From NCBI GenBank assembly GCA_038496445.1, contig JALMLS010000157.1:1-45997 (forward strand): DNA of 45,997 nt, given 5' to 3'. A program made the translations under genes and the position numbers. Position 1 is the stretch's first letter; every line of letters begins with the position of its first letter. The notes beneath the pieces are model-generated. The model was not told where the DNA came from. It worked only from the letters and a program-made list of their open reading frames with translations, and did not search any database. Shown here one piece after another: positions 1 through 10,654 of this stretch. The DNA comes from Trichosphaerium sp. ATCC 40318. Lineage: Eukaryota > Protista > Tubulinea.

Positions 1-69
1 AGATAAAAAATCACGTCTCAGTGTGGGCATGAAAACGAAAAATGAAGAATGCAATGAAGATTTCTGAAT

Positions 70-474
70 ACAATTTAGTCGGGCCTCTGCCTCAGCAGGT
101 CGTCGCACCCGAAGGCTTGAGCGACTCCCTAGCTTACAACAGTAAATGCCCTAAGACCCTGTTCGAGTTCCCGTGGTTTACGGGGCCCCTGCGGGCGTTT
201 GCTAAGACGTGCTACTTGTGCCATAGTGTAGAACCTTTGCGGGCCGAAGCCTTTCGTTCGAGGAGGCGCAGCAACGACAATGTCGCCGCGCGGCTCTTGG
301 CGGCTGGGTTTCCGACTTTAGAGGCCTTCAGCCGTACTCCCAATGGCGTGGCTTCGCGAACCGCCCTCTCGGACGTCCGCGGACACTAGAGGCCACCGAT
401 GCCCGTTCCTCTCGTACTGAGGCATCGCTACCGACGACGCGCATGTTAATAAAATAGGCCCACCAGTAGGGTAA

Positions 475-518
<44 letters not shown>

Positions 519-1235
519 GTAAGTGGGTGAACAATCCAACCCTTGGAGCATTCTGCTACACCTGGATAGGAAGAGCCGACATCGAAGAATCAAAAAGTCG
601 CGTCGCTCTGAGCGCTTGGCGACCACAAGCCAGTTATCCCTATGGTAATTTTTCTGTCACCCCAGTGTCAGGTTACATGACTAGTCACGAGGGATCTCTA
701 GGCCTCCCGTTAGGGTGCAAGAGCGATGGCTCCACTCTTGCTCAAGGGGGCTTTTAGCCTTGGCCTCTACGTGGGGTTTCTGTCCCCACTGAGCTCCCCT
801 TAGGTCATCCGTGTTACCCTATAGCGGATGTGCCGCCCCAGCCAAACTCCCGGCCACGCGCTGTCCGCCTTAATGCTTGTCAAAGTTCCGGAATCGGAAG
901 GTAATCCGCACTTTCGATTGGGCCCGCCTCATCCTAAGAACCGACTTGTATGGTTCGAGCAGCGCCACGTCCTCCGAAGAGGCAGGCGCTTTCGCCCGTT
1001 TTGAATGCGTCTGGGGCCCGACCTCCGGAGTAGAAGTGTTACACCTTTCGTAAAAAACTACTTCCTACCCTATACCTCCAGTGCCAAGCCCCTAAGCGTG
1101 GTGAGAGTCAAACTCAACAGGGTCTTCTTTCCCCGCTGGTAGAAAAGTCGCCCGTTCGCGACTCTGTGGTTTCGCCACGGTCGGCGTAGGGACAGCGAGA
1201 ACCTCATTCATCCATTCATGCGCGTCATTAGTTAC

Positions 1236-1285
<50 letters not shown>

Positions 1286-3897
1286 AACCCGTGCTTGGGT
1301 GAAATTAAGCACCGCAACTTTCAAAGCACTGGGCAGGAGTCACCCTTTGTCAGACCTCAGAGGAGGTATCAAAGGGCTAAGTTTTAAGTAAACAGTTGGG
1401 TTCTCTAAGCTTCTGAGAGTTCCGCCATGATCCGCTTGTGGACCTCTTTGCAGGGACTGTGCGCCATTCCCGAAGGGGCTACACTGAAGTAGCGCAGACG
1501 CACGTCGTCCCGGGTCCCGGTCAGCAGAGCCAGCCCTTTTCCCGAAGTTACGGGCCGCGTATGCCGACTTCCCTTACGCCGTTTACACCGTGCAGCGCCA
1601 GAGGTGACTAACCTAGGGGACCTGATGCGGTTTTCGGTACGGTATGAGCCTGGAGGACACTGAACACCCGAAAGTGTCGGCTTCGGAGAGGAGCAGCCTC
1701 GTGAGAACGAGCTCACCAACACCCCTAGAAAGCAAAAGTGCTTTCCCATTAGCTACCCTCGACTCTTTCCCTTCGCCGCTTTACGTGGCTCCGGGGAGTT
1801 TCCCTCGAATAGCTTAGGCGCGGGAGAAGGCCCCAGAAGTGTGGTTGCTCGCGTGCGCTCTCTCTCTCAGTGTTGCCACTTCTAAAGCAAATGCATCCTC
1901 CTTACCCATGCCCTGGATTACTCACCAGGTTGCCTTTCGCCGAGTTGAAAGCATCGCAGACTTCCACCAGTCTTCAGAACCGTAAAGTTCATCTGAACAG
2001 GTGTCGTCTGCCAGCATCAAACAGTATACTCTATTAGGAGCTGGCTTAGGACCGGCTAACTCGCAGCTGAATGCCATCACCGCGAAACCCTTCCCCACTT
2101 GGGCGACCTGGCTGTGATAAACACTGTTTCACCAGGCTCCAATTGCTACTACCACCAAGATCATCACTGCTGGTGGCTCCGGGTGGACGCCACCGCCCCC
2201 CTTCTACGCCACCAGCACGCCGTCCTACCGCACCCTGGGCCGAGCCGGGGCGATCGCGCAGCGGCGGCTAAGGCAGTTTAGCGCCATCCATTTTCGGCGC
2301 GTCCCAATTCGGCTGGTGAGAAGTTACTCACTCCTTAGAGGATGACGACTTCCATGTCCACCTTCCAGCTGTCTAAACTGGAACACCGCCTTCGTTGTCT
2401 TGGTTACTGCCTATTCGGGCGCCTTTGCTGCTGCTCGCGTTTAAAACCGTCTCGTCAGTCCTGCTTATCAAGACCGGCCCAATAGGGGTCCACCGTCTCG
2501 GTGATCACAGCCATTCGGCCTGTGATCGGTCGCCTCTTATGTGTTTGATAATAGGTCGATGGCAACTTTGGCCTCCGATACCTCTTTCCAGTGGCTCTAC
2601 GAGACGAGACCGGCGTCACGGACCCCCTCTATCCTTAGGGATACTTCGAACGGTACCAGCTACGTTGGCAGCTCGTTTGGTCTCTCGCCCCTATACCCAA
2701 TGTCCGGCGAGCGATTTGCACGTCAGCAACGCTACGGGCGTCCAGCGGGATTTCTCCCGCCTTCCCCCTTTTCGGGTATAGATCGCTACCTTTCGGGTAT
2801 CGCCCAACGTACTATCGCCTGCCAAGAGAACAACGCCGGAGATGGCAAAGTGTATCTACTTTGGTGTGACGTGTTTTTAATTACTTGCGTAACATAAAAA
2901 CATGATAATAGCATAGTCGGTTTTTTATGTCGATCTTTGCAAACTTATACATGTAATGTAATACGTTTGTTTTTATATAAAGAACTTGACGGCCTAGGAG
3001 CTTATCCTTGGCTTCATTTCTGTGCGGGTTGGAGGTTTGATCTCTCACCCTCGCACGCTCGGCGAACTCCTTGATCCGTGTTTCAAGACGGGATACACGG
3101 AGGCCATGGCCCAATAAGGGCATAGAGCCTCATTGAGGTTGTGGACGATGAATGACGAACTTCGTTCCTTTCGGAAGAAGACGTACATTCGGAGGTTTCA
3201 GTAATTTCAGTGAACCAACGCCATTTAAAGGTTTAAAAGTGCTTTTTGATGTCCTTTCAACCAAACCCACGTTTTTATGCTTTTCAGCTTGTAGGATGGT
3301 GTGGACAGCACAATTAGCCAGTATGACTTTTTTGTGTTAGTCACTTCTATGTTACCTTCCCCTCGACGTTTTGTTTCATTATAATCTTCCAGGGCACAAG
3401 GCCCCGGTCGCTTTTCCCTCGCTACAAGAGCGTCTGCCATGTGCAGATTAGGTGCAGGGCACCTACGTACTCCGTGCCATTTGTACCCTTGCCGGCTTCG
3501 GGTCTTTTAACCCTCTATCGAGGAGTGCTGTTTCAGTCTTCCCTCACGGTACTGGTGCGCTATCGGCCACCTCCCGATACTTAGCCTTGCCGGGTAACCT
3601 CCCGGTAACTTCGTATGGCACGGCCAAACCATACTACTCCTGGACGATGGGACTCTATTTCCTCGGTTGACAGCGTACGGGGCTCGCACCCTCTACGGCT
3701 ACGACTCGTGCGTAATTCCCGTCAACGTCTGGAAGAGCCACCACGCCTTAGCCCACAACTCCGATGCTAGGCTCGGATTCAGGCTTGAGCTTGTCCCCTT
3801 TCGCTCGCCGCTACTCAGGGAGTCCCTTTTGGTTTCCTTTCCTCTGCCCCAATGATATGCTTAACTTAGGCAGGTCGCCAAGTGTAACTCAGGACGC
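70..3897 (-). rRNA. 28S rRNA: LSU (28S-type) rRNA, highly divergent
   Basis: Reverse complement contains the LSU 5' signature (..AAGTTAAGCATATC), CCCGTCTTGAAACACGGA (~3075-3092), GACTCTCTTAAGGTAGCCAAATGCCTCGTCA (~1237-1268), the peptidyl-transferase region (GATGTCGGCTCTTCCTATC; GAGCTGGGTTTAGACCGTCGTGAGACAGG) and the sarcin-ricin loop AGTACGAGAGGAAC (~405-418). Ends approximate. Confidence 0.97.
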
Positions 3898-4095
3898 AAG
3901 TTGTGTTTTTTTAATGCTTTCAGTATAGAACCAACCTTCCCTCTAAAGCTTCGCTTAAGTAAGCTAGGCATGAGTTCTGGAGGAACGTCACTTCCGGCAA
4001 TTTATTAATTAGTTGTGGCAACCACTTTCTTTTTTAGAAGATTAAGTGTGTACACCATACGCAGCACCAAATAAATTTAGTGTTTGTTTTGCTGG
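3898..4095 (-). other. ITS2
   Basis: AT-rich spacer between the 5.8S-like segment and the LSU 5' end. Confidence 0.8.
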
Positions 4096-4258
4096 CGTCG
4101 CTGAGTCACGCTCCTTTGCCTGTGATTCGTGAGAATACAGAACGCGGCCTGAGGCATTCGGCAATGCCACCTTCAGATGAGAGCGATTCCGGTGGCTGGT
4201 TTCATAGTGATCCATGGCCTTCTTCGGGGAGGTGCCTAACCGTTCACCGACAAGGTTT
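4096..4258 (-). rRNA. 5.8S rRNA: 5.8S rRNA, highly divergent
   Basis: ~160-nt GC-richer island between two AT-rich spacers. Sense strand AAACCTTGTCGGTGAACGG...CGAAGAAGGCC...GCCGAATG...GACTCAGCGACG aligns loosely to the 5.8S consensus, and the position is as expected. Confidence 0.8.
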
Positions 4259-4492
4259 GGTTTCTTTCGAAAATCTTGACGTTCTTTATAGTCGTGCCAC
4301 GACTGTGTTTTGGTTTGCCAAAATGGCGGTTGTGGAGCTGGCAGATATACAAGATATCACCACAGCAGAGGATGATTACATCTTCACTTACCGAGGTAAG
4401 ATTAGATTTACCAAACCAGAGCTGATACTCCAATTTTTTTTAAACTTGGTTAAAAGTTGGTTTAATTGCTTCTAAGGGTTAAATACCAATAG
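4259..4492 (-). other. ITS1
   Basis: Spacer between the SSU 3' end and 5.8S. Confidence 0.8.
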
Positions 4493-7130
4493 TATTGATC
4501 CTTCAGCAGGTTCACCTACTGAAACCTTGTTACGACTTCATCATCCTTTATGAGCGCAAGTTCGAGCAGGTTCGATAACCGGCAAGCCGGTCGTCCCCCT
4601 GGTCTCACTCGCACCCACATCGGTCGATGCGACGGGCGGTGTGTACAAGCAACAGGGACAGATTCCAGGTGCGTTGATGACACACCTGTACGAGGCATTC
4701 CGCGTTCGTGGCTACAGTTACAGCAACCAGTCCCTAAGCACGCATGTGTCTTTTCGAAGAAGCAGCATTGAGCACACTTAACATCCAAATCGACCACACG
4801 GTGCGCTTTCATGTATTTTTTTATGAACATTGCAGAAACTTGCTTCATAATAAAGTTTGCCTTGGTAAAGATATAATCTTCCAAGTCAAAGCATTTAAGT
4901 GAAGAAGAAACCTTGTTTGTTAATTTGAAACGATCCACAGCTCTTTCAATGTTTACACTAAGGAACAAGTCCAAAGATGTAAGTTTCATCTAACAGCGCT
5001 TCTCGTCTTAACATTAAAGGAATTTAACTTCCTAAAAAGCCTCGACGAGGGGGTTAACTCTTTATATTAGGTTCAGGACAGACTTTGTTTGAAGGTGGTA
5101 GTTTCCGAAGGTGCGTTTAAGTGTAGTCGTATTTAGATAATAAAATCTGAGGTTTAACTCGCTGTCGTGAAGAAGTGTTCTGGCGGTTTCAGGGCTTGCC
5201 CGGATGCCTGTTCGGCCCAGGAACCCGTTGAACTAAGCAGTGTAGGCCGCGTGCGGCCCGGAATATCTGGGGGCATCCCGGATCTGTTATAGCCGCCGCT
5301 TCTTACGACTTTTCGCCGTCAGTCCTGCACAGGGGTCCCGCACGAGGCGGGGGAATCAATGTGACAGTAGCGATCTCGCCCGTTATCGGAATAAACCTGA
5401 CAGATAAGTCCACGAGCCTAAAACGACCATGCACCACCGTTAGCTAACTCGGAAAAGACCCTTCAGTCTGTTCGTCCCCTTAGAGCGTCCGATCCCGGTA
5501 AGTTGTCGCGCGTTGAGTCAAATTGAGCCGCAGCCTCCAGAGCCTGGTGGTGTTGCTCCGTCAATGCCTTTAAGTTTCAGCCTTGCGACCATACTTCCCC
5601 CCTGGGCCCGATTACTTCGGTTTCCCGTGGGAACGGGCCCCGAGCCTTGGTTTGCCCGGCGCCCATTCAGTCGGCATCGTTTACTGTGGAGACTACACGG
5701 GTCTCTAATCCGCTTCGCTCCCTCCACCATCGTTCTAGATCACCGGCCACGCCCTTGCAGAGCGCCTTCGCTTCGGGTAGTTTGGATCAGGTCAAAAGAT
5801 TTCACTCCTCGCTGATACCACACTCTCTACCCCGTACGCACCTAGTAATCGTGTGTTCTTTATTAGTGTGAAGACTAACTCAAGTTTTCCTCAAAGTACT
5901 TTTGTAATTCACAATGTTTTTATTCCCTTAATGAAGAACATGAGTTTTCACTCAGACTTGCATATCAGGATATTGTTCATACTTAGTTAAAATGAGACTT
6001 GAGCGTCGCACTTGGTAAAGTGTTGTTTTTTGTTTTTTTAAAGCCCAATTCCAGGATGCTGGTGGGTGGCATAGCGGCCGAAGCCTAAACTGACCTTGCG
6101 TTTGAGCGAAGCCATTTATGCCTGGTCGGGCGATGAAAAAGAGTCGGGGGTTTTGTCAAGGAGTAAACTCCTATCTAAACCTTGTCCCTCTCAGCTGTGT
6201 CGTTGTTTGGACTGCGAGCGCTTTAACAGCAACAGCAAAAGTATAAGCTTTCGGAGTGGGTGTTACCGCGGGTGCTGGCACCCAACTTGTCCTCCAATAG
6301 TTTCTCAGGGCGACATTCAGTTGCCCCTCATTGCGACGACCGGTTTAAATGCCGGCCTCGTTACACTCAGTCGCTGGCTCGATTTGCAATCAATGGCCAA
6401 GTTACGCGCCTGCTGTTACCCGTAAGTACAGGGGCCGTATCTAATGCCCCTTCTCCGGGAACCGAACCCTAGTTCCCCGTTACCCGTCACTGCCGCGGTA
6501 GGCCGTTACCCTACCGCCTGGCTGATAGGTCGGCCGCCCTTCCGACTCGTGGAGGGGGAGAACTCTCAACTTTATATCGATATGATCTTTATGAAAAAGC
6601 ACATTCAGCGAAGGATCGAGATTTGAACAATGTTCATTTTTCTTTCACCTAGTTTCACTTGTGTAAACTTTACATTTTTTTGAAACATGTCTAGTCAGAG
6701 AGAACTCCTCATAACTCCATCGCATGCCCCAACGCCGCTCTTCCCGACGGAGTACGGACGCCGCTTCCTAAGGGGAGGCTGCTTCCCTTGGCGAACCAAG
6801 ATGGGATCGGGTGATCGTCCGCTCCTGAGCGTTGGATGCGACCGATGGGTCCTTGCAGCAGAGGGGCCCATCGGCAGCGCTAGGCGCATTACGTATTAGC
6901 CGCAGGTTTCCTTTAATCCCGGTTATCCGCGGGGAGGCCACGAGTTTTGGTTATAGTGCGTTTAGGAAACGAGTTCCTGTGTGCAAAATGACGTGACCAT
7001 TATTAGTCTTGTCGGGTGGGTTACGACCGTTTTAAGGAGCCGTTTGCGGCTCCGAGGATACCTCTTTGCTGAGCTTGCATGGCTTAATCCTTCGAGAAAG
7101 CTTATCACTCCTGGCAGGCTCAACCAGGTA
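4493..7130 (-). rRNA. 18S rRNA: SSU (18S-type) rRNA, ~2.64 kb, highly divergent with large insertions
   Basis: Sense strand begins TACCTGGTTGAGCCTGCCAGG and contains GTGCCAGCACCCGCGGTAA, GCAAGGCTGAAACTTAAAGG, GTACACACCGCCCGTC, ending AAGTCGTAACAAGGTTTCAGTAGGTGAACCTGCTGAAGGATCA. Confidence 0.98.
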
Positions 7131-8650
7131 CCTTTTGCATCAGAGTTTTTAAAGCAGATAGCTGCATTTAAAATAATTTCTCATCAGACCAAAGGTGGTT
7201 GAGGTTTTTAGGTGGTTTTTTGAAGAATGAACTTCATAAGAAACCATTCAATCTACATTCCTATTCTCTTTCAAGGAGGATATATAGATGAAGGTCTTTT
7301 TGATGAACATCACAAATACCTGGTGCCGGACAACATCAGCCTTTCTTGTTGGAGAAGAAGCTGATGTGTCTTGGTTATGGTTTTTATGGCAAGAGATGCT
7401 CATAGAGCACATTGCCACAACAGCATAGGGTTGTGTCTTTTTAAAGGACTACTTTTCTTGATGAGTCATGCCTATTTTTTTTACTGAGTAGCCATTGAGG
7501 CATCGTCGGTAATAGCTTGCAACTGCATCATTTTTCATACACTCTTTTTTTTTTTATTTTTCTTTACTATTCAAGTACTTGAACTGTGCCTTTCCTTGTT
7601 AAGCCTTCAAGTTGTAGCAATTAGCTACACTTGCTTTTATTGATGTACTTGGCTTGTGTGCCTTTCCATCAATTTGCCTTTCACATTTTATTGCTTCAGG
7701 CTCACATCCTGTATTATTACCCAAGTACTTGATACTTGTCTTTCCATTGGGTGTTTCAGATGTGGTCAATACAACTTTTGTGAATTACTTGGAGCACTTT
7801 GACTCCTTTCATCCACCTAAGCATGTGAATTTGCACATACTTAGAGCTGTATTGTCGTAGTATAACCATGAACTCGATTAGCATTTCTACACCTTTTTTT
7901 TTTGGAGGTGTTATAATGTTAGAAGAGAACATGTGTTCATACTATTGGCAGTTGTTGCCCACTGAGGGCTTCAACTTGATTTACATACTCCTGGTGGTGT
8001 GACTTGCACATACCTAGGAACCGTGAATTTGCCTAATCTTGCCATTCGATTAGCATTTCTACACCTTGTGGTAAAGTGTTCTAATGCTAGAAGAGATGGC
8101 TCAGTTTCGGGCTAACATGACTCGATTAGCATTTCTACACTTTCAAATGAGTGTTCTAATGCTAGAAGAGCACATGTGGGTTTGTACACAAGTGGTTGTT
8201 GCCCACTAAGGGCTTCAAAACTCATGGTTTTCATGTTGCATTTACCTGTTTGCCCACTGAGGGCTACAAAGCTTAATACTTCAATTTGTGTATTGACAAT
8301 AACTCGATCGACATCTCTTTATCAATCTGTTAATTTAAGTGACAGAGATAAGATGAAGGAGGAGTATAGTGTCTAGTTTATTGTAAACAATGCATTAGTC
8401 CACTGAGGACAATGATTGTAACAAAGTGCGTATTTCTAATGATACAAGTAACTCGATTAACACATTTTACATATGAAAGAAGAGTACTTTGTGGTCACTG
8501 ACAACATTGCCACTATTGAAGTGAAATGTTGCTTGTGTCATTGAGAGTACAGTTTTCTTTTGTTATGATCCCAAGGACTCGATTAACATTTCTACGCTCC
8601 GTACTAAAACGTGCGTTATAATGATAGAAGAGAACTCTTCATTCTGGGGG
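7131..8650 (-). other. Probable 5' external transcribed spacer / proximal intergenic spacer, hairpin-rich
   Basis: Directly upstream of SSU. Several imperfect inverted repeats (~7233-7307, 7330-7370, 7388-7417). Transcription start not identifiable. Confidence 0.6.
7866..8635. repeat. Interleaved array of two hairpin-forming repeats (motif A x6, motif B x5)
   Basis: Motif A, CTCGATTAGCATTTCTACAC-loop-GTGTT(C/A)TAATG(C/T)TAGAAGAG, at ~7872, 8044, 8120, 8577, degenerate at 8302 and 8451. Motif B, GCCC-ACT(G/A)A-GGGC, at ~7951, 8196, 8247, variant GTCC-ACTGA-GGAC at 8393, degenerate at 8490. Confidence 0.9.
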
Positions 8651-10654
8651 GGCCGGACACAGTACTAAAGCTGCTATGTTACACATACAACAAACAACCA
8701 ACGGGCATCGTCATCGATGGATATACTAAGAGACGTGCTTAACTCGCCCTTTTCTATCACATAAGAAAGCTAGAGTAGCCATACTTGTGGTTTTGTGTTT
8801 TTTTTTATGTGTGCATAAGCGCAACTAGAATGCTCATGTCCAACTTTCCAGTAGGAAGAACGGTATCGCGTAGCAAACAGGATTTACAGCCATGTGCTCT
8901 AAAACGCTCAAAAACTCAATAGAACCACGTGATTGGTTCCATGTGTTTTTTGTTGCAATAGAAGAATACAGACCACCCTTTTCGCTACGTTTTGAGCCAC
9001 AAGTCGATTACCGCTGCCTATGGTGCTTATGTTTTTTACGCATTTTTCATAGGGGCTTTACGTGGTAGAAGACGACGGCATCATTCTAGGTCCTCGCGCT
9101 TACCGTCGCACCCGATCGCACTCCTGCGTTTTGTTTGGAATGTTGATCAGGCGCGATAGCCAGTCACCGTAAATGTGCTGCACGATGGGCGGACCCATAT
9201 CACCGTGCACTCCCTGTGGGCTCTTTCATCGAGTAAAAACAAAAGGTTGCAGCATTCGTCGCATCTTTTCTTCTCAAGAAGAAAAAACGCTTTTGCATTC
9301 GACCGATTATTTTTTTGTTTTTCTCGATTGTGCCAAGGGAAAGAGATCCGACTTCTGCAGGCGTTTGTCGCTCAAAATTTTTCCTTGTCTTTCTGCGCAG
9401 GCAAATCGCCTGGCAGTTGATGGGAATTTGATTTTGGTTTATGCCTCGTAGCCTTTTCTCCATTTACGCCGCCATTAGGCTACACGGTTGTAAGACTGCC
9501 TCCCTTTCCCGAAAATATCGAGTTTTCGTAGTCCTGGCTTGGTTCAATGCCGCTATTACTCACTTTAGGACGCAGTACAAATATCCACGGTTGGGAAAAA
9601 AAACTTTTCGAAGCTTTGTTTATCGCGTTGTACCCGCCCCCTGCGCTTTGTGCCGCCTTTTTTTCGTCATAAACTACTTGCGGCTGGGGTTTTTAACCAC
9701 TTGGCGCTGTTATTTCTCATTTGTAGCGTTGGTACGTTTTATTTTCTGGATATTTTGTCCAAAAAAAAAACCAACTTCTTTTTTTTTTGAGTTCAAATCG
9801 CTTTATTTATGGTCTTTACGCTCTTTTCAATCAATTTACGCACTACAAATCGCTATGGCTCGTCTACGTCGCCTTTCCTGTCCACCATGAATTTATCTTG
9901 ACGACGAACGCAAAAAAACAACCATCAAAAATCTTCTTACGCTTCATTTTTTATTATACCACTGTCTTTCTCCCGTACACAATTGTGTCAAAAAAATAAC
10001 AACCACGATCCAATCCGATGCGCGGCAAGATTGGTACTTATCCTACAAGATGTTAACGTCATATGGCTTGTTTGCTAGCCCTCACTATCGCTAACGTTTG
10101 GTTGTGCCACGTGAAAGATAGCGTAAAAAAAAAAAAAGTGCCCAACAAGTAACCTTTGTCTACTCGATCGAGTTGTGAGCTATGTGTACATTTTAACAAC
10201 AAGCTTATAAGGCCCAGATAAGCGATAAGGGGGTCTGGTAGTAAGTGTTGTAAATGTTAGAGCTTAGCTGGGTTTTTTTTTTAAAGCACAACATAGTAAA
10301 ACTGCGCGTGCTACGTTACAATCATTTATTTTTTTTTTTACACTGGATTTATTTTACACCACTGGGCGCGACACGGAAGTTTGAGCTTGTGGTTACATAA
10401 AAAATTACGCCCAATTTATTTTATCGCCCTGTAATCTTAAAACCCCAAGATGAAAGTACACACAAGGGTACTCTCTTCGCTACACAAGCAAAAAATGGGT
10501 AGGCGAATGGGGGTGGGGGATTAAAAATACCGCAACAAACTTTCGTTCTGAATTCTACAAAGGAAAAGATAGTTAGCGGAAGGTTTTGTTATATTTTGTT
10601 GGATGAAAAAAAATTTTTGTTGCTGCTAAACAGTTTGTTTTTTGGGTATGCACC

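Noticed and set aside
4743-5185. Group I intron interpretation of the SSU insertion
   Set aside because: No recognisable P, Q, R, S core elements, and not a typical insertion site. Not called without a CM search.
42-7202. Numerous ORFs over the rDNA, including the 157-aa ORF 4516-4989 starting inside the SSU insertion
   Set aside because: They overlap conserved rRNA. The insertion ORF has no His-Cys box or LAGLIDADG motif and runs into the rRNA core, so it is most likely chance.
7866-8635. CRISPR array or hammerhead/IRE interpretation of the spacer repeats
   Set aside because: Eukaryotic context, irregular spacing and no cas genes. CTGAGGA at 8403 lacks a correctly placed GAAA, and the CAGTG loop on the minus strand lacks the IRE stem and bulge.
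8650-10600. 5S rRNA, tRNA or protein gene in the spacer (ORFs 9173-9999)
   Set aside because: No 5S box A/C or tRNA cloverleaf was recognised. ORFs are low-complexity F/K/R-rich without motifs.
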